The translations under genes were made by a program, and so were the position numbers. Source: Candidatus Spongiisociaceae bacterium (GTDB taxonomy: Bacteria; Actinomycetota; Acidimicrobiia; Spongiisociales; Spongiisociaceae). From it: DNA of 64,000 bases. Position 1 is the stretch's first letter. Each line of letters starts with the position of its first letter. The notes below the pieces were generated by a model. That model searched no databases and had not been told where the DNA came from. It worked only from the letters and a program-made list of their open reading frames with translations. Location of the stretch: contig CBDCOH010000002.1 in assembly GCA_965219685.1 (NCBI GenBank), positions 3,392,001 to 3,456,000 of the forward strand. The letters are read 5' to 3'. Below are positions 1 through 9,870 of the stretch, piece by piece.

Positions 1-1
1 G

Positions 2-121
2 CGGGCCATGGCCCGCCACGTCGGGTTCGCAGGCGTAGGAGTTAGCGAGACGGTGACCGTGACCGAAGACGGCGCCGAGGTGCTCACGTCGAACACCAGG
101 GAACTCGCCGTCATCGAATGA
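2..121 (+). CDS. 3' end of M24-family (Xaa-Pro peptidase-like) protein, partial
   Basis: Manual translation ...GVGVSETVTVTEDGAEVLTSNTRELAVIE* matches the typical M24 C-terminus; truncated by the window edge. Confidence 0.65.
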   Translation, partial: RAMARHVGFAGVGVSETVTVTEDGAEVLTSNTRELAVIE

Positions 122-158
122 CCTGCGAGGCCGGCGCAACACCAAGGAGCAGCGCCCG

Positions 159-743
159 GTGACCTCCGACGAGACATCCTCGTCGTCCATGTTCGCCTCG
201 GCTCGGGAACGGCGGCTCTGGACGTGGACCTTGGCGGTCGTGGTGGCGATCTACTCGACTCTCGGCCTCGCACGGACCCTGGCCGGAATCCTGCGAGAGG
301 AAGGTCTCCTCGTAGCCGCCTTCGCCGCCGGCATGGTGCTCGTCGGAGCAACGGTCTTGGTCATGGGGCTGAGGAGTCGGCCGGGGGCCGCAGAAGTTGG
401 CATCGCGCTGGGTATCGCGGCCGCGTACTTCATGGTGATGGTCCGGATGGCCCTCCCGGAGGAGCGCACCCACCTCATTGAATACGGTGTCGTGGCCGTC
501 TTCATCCACGAAGCGCTGAAGGAGCGGGCCGGCCAGGGCCGGCGTGTCCCCGTACCCGCGCTGATCGCAGTTGGGGCGGCGTCCGCGGTAGGAACGGTCG
601 ACGAGGGCATCCAGGCGTTCCTTCCCAGCCGTGTCTTCGACACCGAGGACATCCTGTTCAACGTCCTCGCAGCAACGATGGCAGTCGCCTCGAGCGCGGC
701 GCTGGGCTGGGCCCGCAGCCGCAGGAGAGTCGGTAGCCGGTAG
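159..743 (+). CDS. VanZ-family membrane protein
   Basis: Multiple hydrophobic segments; ERTHLIEYG and DEGIQAFLPSRVFDTEDILFN motifs. Confidence 0.8.
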   Translation: MTSDETSSSSMFASARERRLWTWTLAVVVAIYSTLGLARTLAGILREEGLLVAAFAAGMVLVGATVLVMGLRSRPGAAEVGIALGIAAAYFMVMVRMALPEERTHLIEYGVVAVFIHEALKERAGQGRRVPVPALIAVGAASAVGTVDEGIQAFLPSRVFDTEDILFNVLAATMAVASSAALGWARSRRRVGSR

Positions 744-1012
744 CAACGGTAGGCCTCCAGGTGTGGTGATCGAACAGCCCGCGAGCGCGAAGAGCGCTCA
801 CTGACCGGAGCCACTGTGCCGCCCGATCACCGGCGAGCAGCCCAAGGCCGGCTGGCAGTATTCCATCAGGAAGGTGGTATCCCCTTCATATATCTACTCG
901 CCGTCCTTCGCCTCTGATTCCGAAGGAGGTCGGTCAGCCTCGTGCGTGCGGAGTCTCGTCGCTGCGCCGAACTCGGGGCTTGCTGCCCCATCGAACTTCG
1001 GGCTCGAGCGAG

Positions 1013-1522
1013 TCAAGCCTTGAGAACGTGTCCCAAGCCGATAGCTTCCGAAAACTCTCGTGTGTTCATACAATTGAGCCCAAGCCGCTCGCAGGCAGTC
1101 CGGATGCTGATCTAGATCGGCAGTCGATCCACCTGGTCCTCGGTTACCACAAAGCATTCCTGGGCTTCGTTTTCCCTCCATAACTGCAGTGCTAGGGCCA
1201 GAACGTAAGGATCCGCCGGGTCGTTCTCTGCGTTCGCTTCGATAACTTCACCGGCCACTGCCATAACTTGCTCAACATATCCGGGGTCAGGTCCGCGCCG
1301 TACAATGATGTCAGGCTCAACTCCGAGAGCCCACGCCTCAGGCAGATCTATGTGGCGTTGACCCCCTACCTCCCGTGCTACCTGTCGCGGGAACGTGATC
1401 CTCCCGTTCTCGACCATCTCCTCCAGGTGTTTGGCGAACCGCCATTGATCCCTGGCCTTGACTACCTGTTTGAACGCAATGATCGAAGAGGTGTCAAGGA
1501 CGTAGATCGTGTCATCCAGCAT
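1013..1522 (-). pseudogene. DUF4411-like PIN-domain protein interrupted by an in-frame TAG at 1112-1114
   Basis: N-terminal YVLDTSS, ADPYVLALA and VVTED PIN motifs. After the TAG the frame continues ISIRTACERLGLNCMNTREF...KA* to 1013, like a normal family C-terminus. Confidence 0.7.
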
Positions 1523-2656
1523 CTACCCACCGACATCCACCAACTGAGCGATTTCGTCGACTTCGGTGGTGTCAACCCTGAGATAGTCGCTCAGGTCACG
1601 CAAGTTGAGAAGTCCCCGGTCAGCCGCCCGGATCAGCTCGTCGACCACAACGCCGCCGTACTCGTCGATGCGACGCTGAGTCCGATACGTGGGCCGGCCC
1701 CTAGCAAAGCCCTTGTCACGATCCCACGTACGCGCCTTCTGGTCCACTAGGGCGTAGAGGGACCAAGGTGCAACCTGAAGGCGTATCAAGCGGACGGCAG
1801 CCGCACGAATACTCACCTTGAACTTGGCAGCAACCTTCTTGGCGACACCGAAACCGTCCTCTCCCGCAGGGATCTGATCCACGAACTGCAGCACGGATTC
1901 TCTCGGGAGCAGGACCGAAGCGGCGAACTGCTCACACCATCGTTCCTCGTCGGCAACGTCGCTAACGAGGTCAACACACGCCGACTCGCTCCGTAAGGTG
2001 AGGTGACCGAGTTCATGGAAGGCTGTGAAAACACGTGCCTCCCGGTTGTAGGCCGTGTTCACAGAAATAACTGGCGCGACCTCGTCCGAGAACGAGAAGC
2101 CCCGGATACCGTCCGGCCCGAGTTGGAGGGTGAACATGAGAATCCCGCGGCCCTCGAGCCTCGCCCGCCACCAGCGCCAAGGATCAACACGCGAGTCCCA
2201 GGACATCTGTAGATCAACGCTCACCCCGAGCCAGCGGCGGACCCGCGTCCCGGCCATCTCCGTATCTTCGTCTCGACCGAGCCGGGGCAGATCGGCCCGG
2301 CGACCCTGCTGCCTAAACAAGAAGGACATCAGCTTCTGCAGTCTGCGGGAGCGCCTCACCCAGAGGCGTTCCCGTTCCGACAGAGCACGGCCTACCTGGC
2401 CTGGAGACCCCCTCAACACTGGGACGCTCAATGGCTCAGGTGCGCGGGGAGCGAAGAACAGAGCGCTAGGCCGCTTCAAAGTCTTGAACAGCCGTGTGAA
2501 CTCGCCCTGCGACGGTCTAGAAACACCGTCCATCCAATCCCTCAGCACAACGGCGTCTACCCCTACCCTCCCAGAGACATCCTCCAGCAAAAGGCCGCTC
2601 TCTTCGACAGCCCAGCGGACAACCTCGGCGTTCACAGGCACAAAGGACTTCGCCAT
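1523..2656 (-). CDS. XRE-HTH / ImmA-IrrE (COG2856) zinc metallopeptidase
   Basis: N-terminal HTH, FTAFHELGH (HEXXH) and EERWCEQFAASVLLP; start placed at MAKSFV after a GGAGG-like RBS. Confidence 0.85.
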   Translation of the reverse strand: MAKSFVPVNAEVVRWAVEESGLLLEDVSGRVGVDAVVLRDWMDGVSRPSQGEFTRLFKTLKRPSALFFAPRAPEPLSVPVLRGSPGQVGRALSERERLWVRRSRRLQKLMSFLFRQQGRRADLPRLGRDEDTEMAGTRVRRWLGVSVDLQMSWDSRVDPWRWWRARLEGRGILMFTLQLGPDGIRGFSFSDEVAPVISVNTAYNREARVFTAFHELGHLTLRSESACVDLVSDVADEERWCEQFAASVLLPRESVLQFVDQIPAGEDGFGVAKKVAAKFKVSIRAAAVRLIRLQVAPWSLYALVDQKARTWDRDKGFARGRPTYRTQRRIDEYGGVVVDELIRAADRGLLNLRDLSDYLRVDTTEVDEIAQLVDVGG

Positions 2657-3009
2657 CCACCTTCCTCCACTCAAACCACCATAGCCGCCGGGTGAGACCA
2701 GGCCGGCTAGACCACTGGCTTTGGAGGGTGGTCGAAAACGGGGTAGCGACGGTCCGTCTTCCTCTGACCAGGCATTATGTAGTCGGTCGATTCCGTGAAG
2801 GGGTTTCACACCACCCTCCTCGACCGTCCGTGCCAGTGAGGCCACACCAACCTCCCGGCACGGCCCGGCAAGAAGGGCGGCGAGCCAGAACTGTCCAGAT
2901 CGTCTAGCGCCGCAGTGGAATCGAGGATCAGGAGACTATCCAGGCGGAAAATGCCATATTGTCCTGGGTTTAGGGCGCTGAGAACCCGTGTGAGACCGTC
3001 AGGATCCGG

Positions 3010-3084
3010 TGGGCCCACCTGGATTTGAACCAGGGACCTCATCCTTATCAGGGATGCGCTCTAACCAACCTGAGCTATGGGCCC
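3010..3084 (-). tRNA. tRNA-Ile (GAT)
   Basis: Reverse complement GGGCCCATAGCTCAGGTTGGTTAGAGCGCATCCCTGATAAGGATGAGGTCCCTGGTTCAAATCCAGGTGGGCCCA folds as a cloverleaf with anticodon GAT; full CCA not encoded. Confidence 0.95.
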
Positions 3085-3130
3085 GGAGAGCCAGATAATA
3101 CACCGCCGCCGACTCCTTCCGGAAGGCGGG

Positions 3131-3964
3131 TTAGCGGGCGATCCAGGCCTCGGCGATCTGACCGACATACTCCAGCACCTCGGACGTCGGAGCGGTGGGT
3201 AGGCAGACGACTACCCGGTCGCATCCGGCTTCGGCCATCTCCTCGATCCGGTGCGACGCGGTGTAGTCGAGGTAGACGCTGATCTCCAGCGGCCCCCTGC
3301 CGTTGGCGGCCGCGGCGGCCTGGACCTCGGCGATCTCGGCTGGGGTCACCCGGTACATGCCCAGCGGGATCCACCCGTCCGCCAACGAGGCCAGGTCTGC
3401 CTTGGTTCCGGGACCCAGGGCCGCTCCGATGTGAACAGGGGGGTGGGGATGCTGGAGGGGTTTGGGTCCTTGGCGACTCGCAGCCAGGTGCATGCTGTCA
3501 CCCGCGAACTCCGTGGTATCGGTGGTCCACAGTGCCTTGACCATCCTCAGCTTCTCCCGCGTGATCGCCCGCCGCTGGTCGAAGGGGATACCGTGGCTCT
3601 CGTACTCCTTCCTGAGCCATCCGTACCCGACGCCGAACAGGAACCGGCCGCCCGAGATGCGGTCGAGGGTGGCGGTGGCCTTGGCCGTCCAGATCGGATC
3701 CCGGATCCCGAGCAAGGTGATCCCGGTCCCGAGCAGCATCCTGGCGGTGGAGGAGGCGACCGCGGCCAGGGAGGTGAACGCGTCGTAGAGGATCTCGTAC
3801 TTCTCGGGTAACCGGCGGTCCCCGAGTTCCTGCTGCTGGGCCAGTGGCATGTGGGAGTGCTCCGGCAACCACAGAGATTCGAAGCCGTGGGCTTCGAGCT
3901 CGACGCCCAACTCGGCGGGCTGGATCGAATCGGCCGTGAAGAAGATGGAGGCGCCTATGTGCAC
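3131..3964 (-). CDS. LLM-class, probably F420-dependent oxidoreductase
   Basis: GFESLWLPEHSH, ATLDRISGGRFLFGVGYGW and PKPLQHPHPP motifs. Confidence 0.85.
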   Translation of the reverse strand: MHIGASIFFTADSIQPAELGVELEAHGFESLWLPEHSHMPLAQQQELGDRRLPEKYEILYDAFTSLAAVASSTARMLLGTGITLLGIRDPIWTAKATATLDRISGGRFLFGVGYGWLRKEYESHGIPFDQRRAITREKLRMVKALWTTDTTEFAGDSMHLAASRQGPKPLQHPHPPVHIGAALGPGTKADLASLADGWIPLGMYRVTPAEIAEVQAAAAANGRGPLEISVYLDYTASHRIEEMAEAGCDRVVVCLPTAPTSEVLEYVGQIAEAWIAR

Positions 3965-3971
3965 TGTGCCC

Positions 3972-5615
3972 TCACGCCCTGCGAAGCCTGGCGCGTCCCT
4001 GGTCCACCCCGCGGCGTTCCAGCGCGAGCAGCTGTTGCAGGTCCTCGCGCAAGTTGAAGTTCACGCCCACCCGGACAGCCCACTCCTTCCATTCGTCCGC
4101 CATCCGAACGACTCGCTGCCTCTCCCGGCAGGCCAGATCGTTGCTCTCGGTGCGATCCTCGTCGATCTGGTACAGCTCCCACCGTTCTTCCTCCCCGCTC
4201 ACCAGCTTCCACGGACCGTTTCTGATCGCTCGGTACCCCTCGTGCTCGAAGAACAGGGCTCCCGGACGCTCCCATCCACAATTGCGGAAAGCGGGCAGCA
4301 GGCTGTGCCCCTCGTAGGGAGTGATGTCGCGACCACGGAACCGGGCCGGGTACGCGGCGCCCGCCGCCTCGAGACAGGTGGGCATGATGTCCACGAGATG
4401 GGCGGGTGTGTGAACCACGCCCGACTCCGGAACGCCGGCCGGCCAATGGACTATGAGCGGGGTGGAGATGCCACCCTCGTGCACCCACCCCTTGAATCGA
4501 CGGAACGGAGTGTTGGAGACGTTCGCCCAGCAGATGTCGTAGCTCTGGAATGTCTCCGGCCCGCCCGGGACGATGTCCGGAGTGTTTCCGTAGTGCATCG
4601 GCCGGCCGTCAGGGGTGGTGTCCGCCATCCAGCCGGGCCGCATAGGGCCGTCCTCGGCCAGGAACTCCGCCGCTCCGCCGTTGTCGGACAGGAAGACGAT
4701 CAGCGTATTGTCCAGCTCGTCCCGCTCGCGGAGCGCCTGCACCAGTCTGGCCACCCCCTGGTCCATGCGATCGATCTGGGCGGCGTACACCGCCATCCGG
4801 TACGCCTCCCACTCCGGATAGGTGGACTCCTCCCAGGGGAAGGCGGTCGGATCGCGGGGGCTGATCGGCCAGCGGGGGTCGACCAGGCCCCGCTCCTTGA
4901 GTTCCTCGTGACGGGCGGTCCTGATCGAGTCCCAGCCGCCCCGGTAGTGGTTCTCGTAGCCGGCGATGTCCTCCCCGCGGGCGTGCAGGGGCCAATGGGG
5001 GGCGGTGTAGGAGAGGTACAGGAAGAAGGGCACCTCGTCGTCCATGGCCTCGGTGGCCATGCGTACCGCGTGGTCGCTTATCCGATCCGTGTAGTACCAG
5101 TCGGGCTCCGTCTGGTCGAGCAGTTCCTCGTTGCGCATCAGGTAGGTGGGCTTGTAGTACGAGCCGGCCCCGCCGATCGTCCCGAAGAAGTCGTCGAACC
5201 CCCGCTCCCTCGGCAGGGGGAATCCGGGACGCTCATCGGGCCAACTGTCCCGCTCGGCCATGTTCCGCTGGCGCGCCACATGCCACTTACCCGACATGAG
5301 CGTGCGGTATCCCGCGGCCTGCAGCGCCTCGGCGACGGTGACGGATGAGTCGTTCAGGTAACCCTGGTAGGCGGGATTGGTTTCCGACATGGTGTAGGTC
5401 ATGTGGCCGATGCCGGCCTGGTGCGGGTGCAAACCGGTCAGCAGCGCGGCCCTCGACGGGCAGCAGCGAGCCGAGTTGTACATCTGGGTGAAACGGAGCC
5501 CGTCCCGGGCGAGCGAATCGATCGCCGGCGTGGATATCTCCGACCCGTAACAACCGAGATCCGAGAAGCCGAGATCGTCGGCCAGGATCACGACGATGTT
5601 GGGCCTGTCACTCAC
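3972..5615 (-). CDS. Arylsulfatase (Cys-type, cytoplasmic)
   Basis: PNIVVILADDLG, CCPSRAALLTG (CxPxR), GKWH; no signal peptide. Confidence 0.92.
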   Translation of the reverse strand: MSDRPNIVVILADDLGFSDLGCYGSEISTPAIDSLARDGLRFTQMYNSARCCPSRAALLTGLHPHQAGIGHMTYTMSETNPAYQGYLNDSSVTVAEALQAAGYRTLMSGKWHVARQRNMAERDSWPDERPGFPLPRERGFDDFFGTIGGAGSYYKPTYLMRNEELLDQTEPDWYYTDRISDHAVRMATEAMDDEVPFFLYLSYTAPHWPLHARGEDIAGYENHYRGGWDSIRTARHEELKERGLVDPRWPISPRDPTAFPWEESTYPEWEAYRMAVYAAQIDRMDQGVARLVQALRERDELDNTLIVFLSDNGGAAEFLAEDGPMRPGWMADTTPDGRPMHYGNTPDIVPGGPETFQSYDICWANVSNTPFRRFKGWVHEGGISTPLIVHWPAGVPESGVVHTPAHLVDIMPTCLEAAGAAYPARFRGRDITPYEGHSLLPAFRNCGWERPGALFFEHEGYRAIRNGPWKLVSGEEERWELYQIDEDRTESNDLACRERQRVVRMADEWKEWAVRVGVNFNLREDLQQLLALERRGVDQGRARLRRA

Positions 5616-6469
5616 GCGGCAGGCTGGTGATCACGCCAGGAGAATCGGGGTCGGTAGCCGATGAGTTCCCTCGCCGCTCGAATGGACACGAGCGTCTCGT
5701 ACCCGTCCAGGGGCCGCCGGAGCGGGACACCCCCGAAAGCCAGGGCGGCCAACTCCGATGATGGGATGTCCATGCATGTGTCGGCGGCGCCGATGTTCAA
5801 TACGTGGGCGCCGCGCACGGGAGCTTCCAGGGCGGAGGCGCATGCGCCGGCGACATCGCGCACGTCGACGTAGACGAAGGCGTTGAACCGCCGGGACAGG
5901 GGATTCTCCTGCCAGACCGGCACCACTTCCCATCCGCCTTCGTGGATCATCCAAGCGAGCCGTAACCCGACCACGTCCAGACCTCGAACCTCCGAGAAGT
6001 ACGTCCCGATCTGCTCACCCACATGCTTCGAGAGCGCATAGGTCCCCCGGGGCCGGGCGGGAAGAGACTCGCTGATGGGCAGGCAATCGGGGAGGTTGTC
6101 AGGTCCCCAAGGGTTACCGGTCACGGCCTGCGTCGAAGCCCAGACGACCCGTTTGACGCCTGCAATGGCGGCCGCCTCGAAAACGTTGTACGTGGTCTGC
6201 ACGTTCGTGTTGAAAGTGACGGTGGGTGTCCGCACTCCTTGGGCCCAGACCCCCGCCAGGTGCAGGACGGCGTCGGCGCCACGGAAGGCCTCAACCGTCT
6301 CTCCGAGGTCGCCGAGGTCCACGAAGAGGTGCGAGCCGATGTGCGAACCCGCGTCACCCCCACGAGGAGCTACCAGATCCACGGTGAGCACCTCGGCGCC
6401 GGTGGACCGTAGATGAGAGGCGATCACGGTTCCCGACCGGCCCGCTCCTCCCGTGATCACAACTCTCAA
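5612..6469 (-). CDS. NAD(P)-dependent epimerase/dehydratase (extended SDR)
   Basis: TGGAGRSG and YALSK motifs. Confidence 0.85.
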   Translation of the reverse strand: MRVVITGGAGRSGTVIASHLRSTGAEVLTVDLVAPRGGDAGSHIGSHLFVDLGDLGETVEAFRGADAVLHLAGVWAQGVRTPTVTFNTNVQTTYNVFEAAAIAGVKRVVWASTQAVTGNPWGPDNLPDCLPISESLPARPRGTYALSKHVGEQIGTYFSEVRGLDVVGLRLAWMIHEGGWEVVPVWQENPLSRRFNAFVYVDVRDVAGACASALEAPVRGAHVLNIGAADTCMDIPSSELAALAFGGVPLRRPLDGYETLVSIRAARELIGYRPRFSWRDHQPAA

Positions 6470-6479
6470 CGCGTTCTCC

Positions 6480-7301
6480 TTATGTCTGGTCTTCGCCGGT
6501 GGACAGGTTTCTGAAGGCGCGGACCGTGTTGCGGACGGCGCGCTCGACCGGTATCCGCTCGATGCTCGAAGCCCCGACGAAACCCACCGCGGTCGTGAGC
6601 GGCAGCGCCTCCCGGACGTCGTCGGGCGTGGACAGCCTGCCCCCGTGGAGAAGGGCGATGACCTGCGGATTCACAGCTACAGCGGCGTCGATCAGTGACT
6701 GGGCGTACCCGCAGACCGCTTCGATAGATCGGTCGTCCGAATACCCGACCCTTCCGCCGGTGGTGGGCCCCGAGTGGGTGACGATCACATCCGCTCCCGC
6801 GGCCGCCATGGCGGCGGCGTCATCCGCACTGGCCACATACGCCATGGTGAAGAGGTCGCGAGACCGGGCCAGGCCGATCGCTTCGACCTCACGCCCGAAG
6901 CCGTAGCCGACCATCTCTGCTCTCCGGCGCTGGTCGGGCATGTTCGTGAGGGTGGGAAAGTTGATGATCCCGTCGAACCCGGCCGCCTCGAACTGGTCGA
7001 GCAACCTGCCCAGGTCCCTGCGGGTAGGGTCGTTGGCTTCGATGCCTCCGATGACCGGCGTGGTCGACACCACGTTGAGGATCTCCGATGACATCTCGAC
7101 TGTCTCCCGGTTCGAGTCCCCGAACCGCCAGGTCGGCAGGCCCTTGAGTCGCGACCGACCCGTGCTGTAGACCACGATCAGGTCGGCGTCGCCTTCCTCG
7201 GCGGCCCTGGCAATTATCCCGGCGCTGCATCCGGCCGCCAGCACCGCGTGGCCCGTGGAGATGCGCCCGCGCAGGCGTTCCAGGATGGCTTGTCGTTTCA
7301 A
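6480..7301 (-). CDS. PEP-hydrolase-like TIM-barrel protein (TIM-br_sig_trns family), copy 1
   Basis: ADLIVVYSTGRSR, GIINFPT, HGG and GFVGASSIERIPVE motifs; TTG start after GGAGGG. Confidence 0.8.
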   Translation of the reverse strand: MKRQAILERLRGRISTGHAVLAAGCSAGIIARAAEEGDADLIVVYSTGRSRLKGLPTWRFGDSNRETVEMSSEILNVVSTTPVIGGIEANDPTRRDLGRLLDQFEAAGFDGIINFPTLTNMPDQRRRAEMVGYGFGREVEAIGLARSRDLFTMAYVASADDAAAMAAAGADVIVTHSGPTTGGRVGYSDDRSIEAVCGYAQSLIDAAVAVNPQVIALLHGGRLSTPDDVREALPLTTAVGFVGASSIERIPVERAVRNTVRAFRNLSTGEDQT

Positions 7302-7442
7302 GTCGGTTCCCTCCGCGTGAGGTTGCGTCCCGTGAGCCTTCCAGCCGCTGTGCGGGATTCCAAACCGCCCCGGCACCGGTCGCCCTCTCCTTGGCGACCG
7401 GCACCGGGCATGCTCGGGATCAGGTCGTCGGTTACTCGGCGC

Positions 7443-8981
7443 TCACGAATCGAGCAGGTTCGCGTAGTACTCGCCGAGGAGCGTGGCGCCGTCCTCCACG
7501 AGCTTCCGCTGAGCCTCCTCGCGGGTCATGTTCCCGGTTAGCAGTTCCGCCTGAACGTCCTGCTGGAGCACCCTGAACGAGAAGGGCGGCGGGCCCAGGT
7601 TGCCTTCGTCGGTCATCGGCATCTCCGAGAGGGCGTACGGGAGGATCTCCCACGCCGCCGCCATCGGGGGCGAGGTTCCGAGAAACGCCGCATACTCGGC
7701 GGAGTCCCCGACGCTCAACCGGCTCGGCAGGTTGCCCGACGTGGCGGCCCAGTAGGCCTGGCTCTCCGGGCTGGACAGGAACTTGACGAACTCCCAGGTC
7801 GCCCTGTTCTCGGCCTCGGTCGTGTTGAAGGCGACCGCATTCGGACCGAAGAGCACCGTGAGCGGATCCGAACCCGGGAGCTCCTGTGGAAGCGCCCCGA
7901 CGCTCCAGTTGAACGCGCCGGCTACGCCCTCCTCGACGAACGGTATCCATCTACTCGACGTAACGATGTACGCCACCTGCTGGGAAGCGAAGTCGCTCAG
8001 GTTGGCCGTGGCCTCGTCGGCCCTGCCCACGGTGGGGAAGCCGTAACCCTCCTCGATGAGCGTCGCGAACAGGTCGAGCGTCTTGGTCCACGGTTCCTCA
8101 CCGTAGCGGGTCGCCCGGGTGTCCATGTCGATGGTGGGGAAGCCCCCGAAGGTGAATCCGGTGGCATTCCACATCGAGGCATCGACCTGGATGGAGTAAC
8201 AACTCTTGTTGAGTTCGGTCAGGATCACCTCGCACTGGGAGAGGAACTCGTCCCAGGTCTCGGCCGGCCCGTCGAATCCCAGGCCGGTCAGCATGTCCTG
8301 GTTGTAGAACAGGACCGCGATCGCCACTGTCCAGGGGAAGCTGAGCATCCGGCCGCCCTCGGTCAGGTAGGTGTTCCGGGCGATCTCCACCGGCAGGAAG
8401 TCGGCCACGTCCACCCCGATCTGCGGATCGTTGACATAATCCGTCAGGTCGAGCAGCACCCCGCCCCTATGCCAGTTGACGGTGCCGTCCTCGAACGCAA
8501 CCGTCAGGTTCGGGAGGTCGTTGGCTTCAATGGCGCCGGCGATCTTCTGGGATGTCGGGTAGTAACCGCCGGTGAACTGGGCCTCCACGTCGATCTGCGG
8601 ATACTTGGCCTCGAACCTGGCCACCAGTTCGGTCATCGCCTCCTCCAGCGGCCCGCTGTAGACGTGCCAGAACTGGATGGTGGCGGGTTCCAACTGCGCG
8701 AGCGTGGTGGTTGTCTCCTCCATCGCCGCCTCGGTCGTGACAGGCGCCGCCTCGGTCGTGGGCGTCTCCTCCATCGCCGCCTCGGTGGTAGCAGGCGCCG
8801 CCTCGGTCGTGGGCGTCTCCTCCATCGCCGCCTCGGTCGTGGCAGGCGCCGCGGTGGTCGCCGCCGGCGCGGCTGTAGTCGCGGCCGGCTCGTCGTCGCC
8901 GCAAGCCGCGGCAACCAGTGCCCAGACTACGAACAGCACCCCGAGCATCATGGTCTTCGGTCGGGAATGACTTGCCTTCAT
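7443..8981 (-). CDS. Sugar-type ABC transporter substrate-binding lipoprotein
   Basis: Lipobox LVAAACG, Thr/Ala/Glu linker, family-1 SBP body (LFYNQDML, WEFVKFL). Confidence 0.88.
   Translation of the reverse strand: MKASHSRPKTMMLGVLFVVWALVAAACGDDEPAATTAAPAATTAAPATTEAAMEETPTTEAAPATTEAAMEETPTTEAAPVTTEAAMEETTTTLAQLEPATIQFWHVYSGPLEEAMTELVARFEAKYPQIDVEAQFTGGYYPTSQKIAGAIEANDLPNLTVAFEDGTVNWHRGGVLLDLTDYVNDPQIGVDVADFLPVEIARNTYLTEGGRMLSFPWTVAIAVLFYNQDMLTGLGFDGPAETWDEFLSQCEVILTELNKSCYSIQVDASMWNATGFTFGGFPTIDMDTRATRYGEEPWTKTLDLFATLIEEGYGFPTVGRADEATANLSDFASQQVAYIVTSSRWIPFVEEGVAGAFNWSVGALPQELPGSDPLTVLFGPNAVAFNTTEAENRATWEFVKFLSSPESQAYWAATSGNLPSRLSVGDSAEYAAFLGTSPPMAAAWEILPYALSEMPMTDEGNLGPPPFSFRVLQQDVQAELLTGNMTREEAQRKLVEDGATLLGEYYANLLDS
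8712..8850 (-). repeat. ~51-bp tandem coding repeat (TTEAAMEETPTTEAAPx, about 2.7 copies)
   Basis: Repeated GTCTCCTCCATCGCCGCCTCGGT units within the SBP linker. Confidence 0.85.
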
Positions 8982-9042
8982 ACCTACTCCCTCGCTTGTC
9001 TACCGTTTCGTCCGCCGATCCGCAGACCGCGGCTGCCGTCGG

Positions 9043-9870
9043 TTACTTGAGACCTCCCTGGGTGACTCCTTCTATAACGAACCTCTGGCCAACAAAAAAC
9101 AGAATACCCACGGGCAGTATCCCGATGACGGCCGCAGCCATCAACATGTTGATGAACACGGCGCCCTCCGTCTGGAAGGAGACCAGACCCAGTTGCACGA
9201 CACGCAACTCCGCGTCGGCGGTCACGAACAGCGGCCAGAGGAGGGCGTTCCAGGACCAGATGAACGTGATGAGAAAGACGGTCACGGCTGCTGCCCGGAC
9301 CAGGGGCAGCCCGATCGACCAGAACGCCCTGGCCTCCGAGCTGCCGTCCACGTACGCCGAGTCGAACAGGTCGTCGGGGATTCCCAGGAACTCCTGGCGG
9401 AACATGAACACCGCGAACGCCCCGGCCATCCACGGCACGATCAGGGCGGTGTAGGTGTTGTACCAGCCGAGATCGTTGATGAGCACGTAGTTGGCGATGA
9501 AGGTGGCCTCGAAGGGGATCATGAAACTGGCAAGGACGAGCATCAGGATCACCTTCCGTCCCCGGAACCGGATCCGCACGAGGGCATAGCCCGCCAGCGC
9601 GCCGAACAGCACGTTCCCACTCGCCGAGAGGACCGCCACGAAGAGGGAGTTGAGTATCCAGCGGGCCATCATGGTCTCGAGGAAGATGTCGATGTAGGTG
9701 GTGATGGACGCCGATTCGGGAATCAACGTGGGAGGAACCAGCAGAGCCTCGTCCAAGGGCTTCAGCGAAGTGGTCACCATCCAGTAGAGAGGCGCCAGGG
9801 CGAAGGCACAGAGCACGACCAGCACGACATGGGCGAGCGTGCGGGTCTGGGACGAGTGGCCGGCTGCCAT
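9043..9870 (-). CDS. Carbohydrate ABC transporter permease
   Basis: TM segments and EAA-like loop DLFDSAYVDG. Confidence 0.88.
   Translation of the reverse strand: MAAGHSSQTRTLAHVVLVVLCAFALAPLYWMVTTSLKPLDEALLVPPTLIPESASITTYIDIFLETMMARWILNSLFVAVLSASGNVLFGALAGYALVRIRFRGRKVILMLVLASFMIPFEATFIANYVLINDLGWYNTYTALIVPWMAGAFAVFMFRQEFLGIPDDLFDSAYVDGSSEARAFWSIGLPLVRAAAVTVFLITFIWSWNALLWPLFVTADAELRVVQLGLVSFQTEGAVFINMLMAAAVIGILPVGILFFVGQRFVIEGVTQGGLK

Noticed and set aside
1112-1114. Pyrrolysine or other recoding at the in-frame TAG
   Set aside because: Many other genes in the window use TAG as a normal stop, and no pyl genes are seen; a nonsense mutation is simpler
750-3009. Intact integrative element at tRNA-Ile
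   Set aside because: No integrase and no duplicated tRNA 3' end found by eye in the window; at most a remnant
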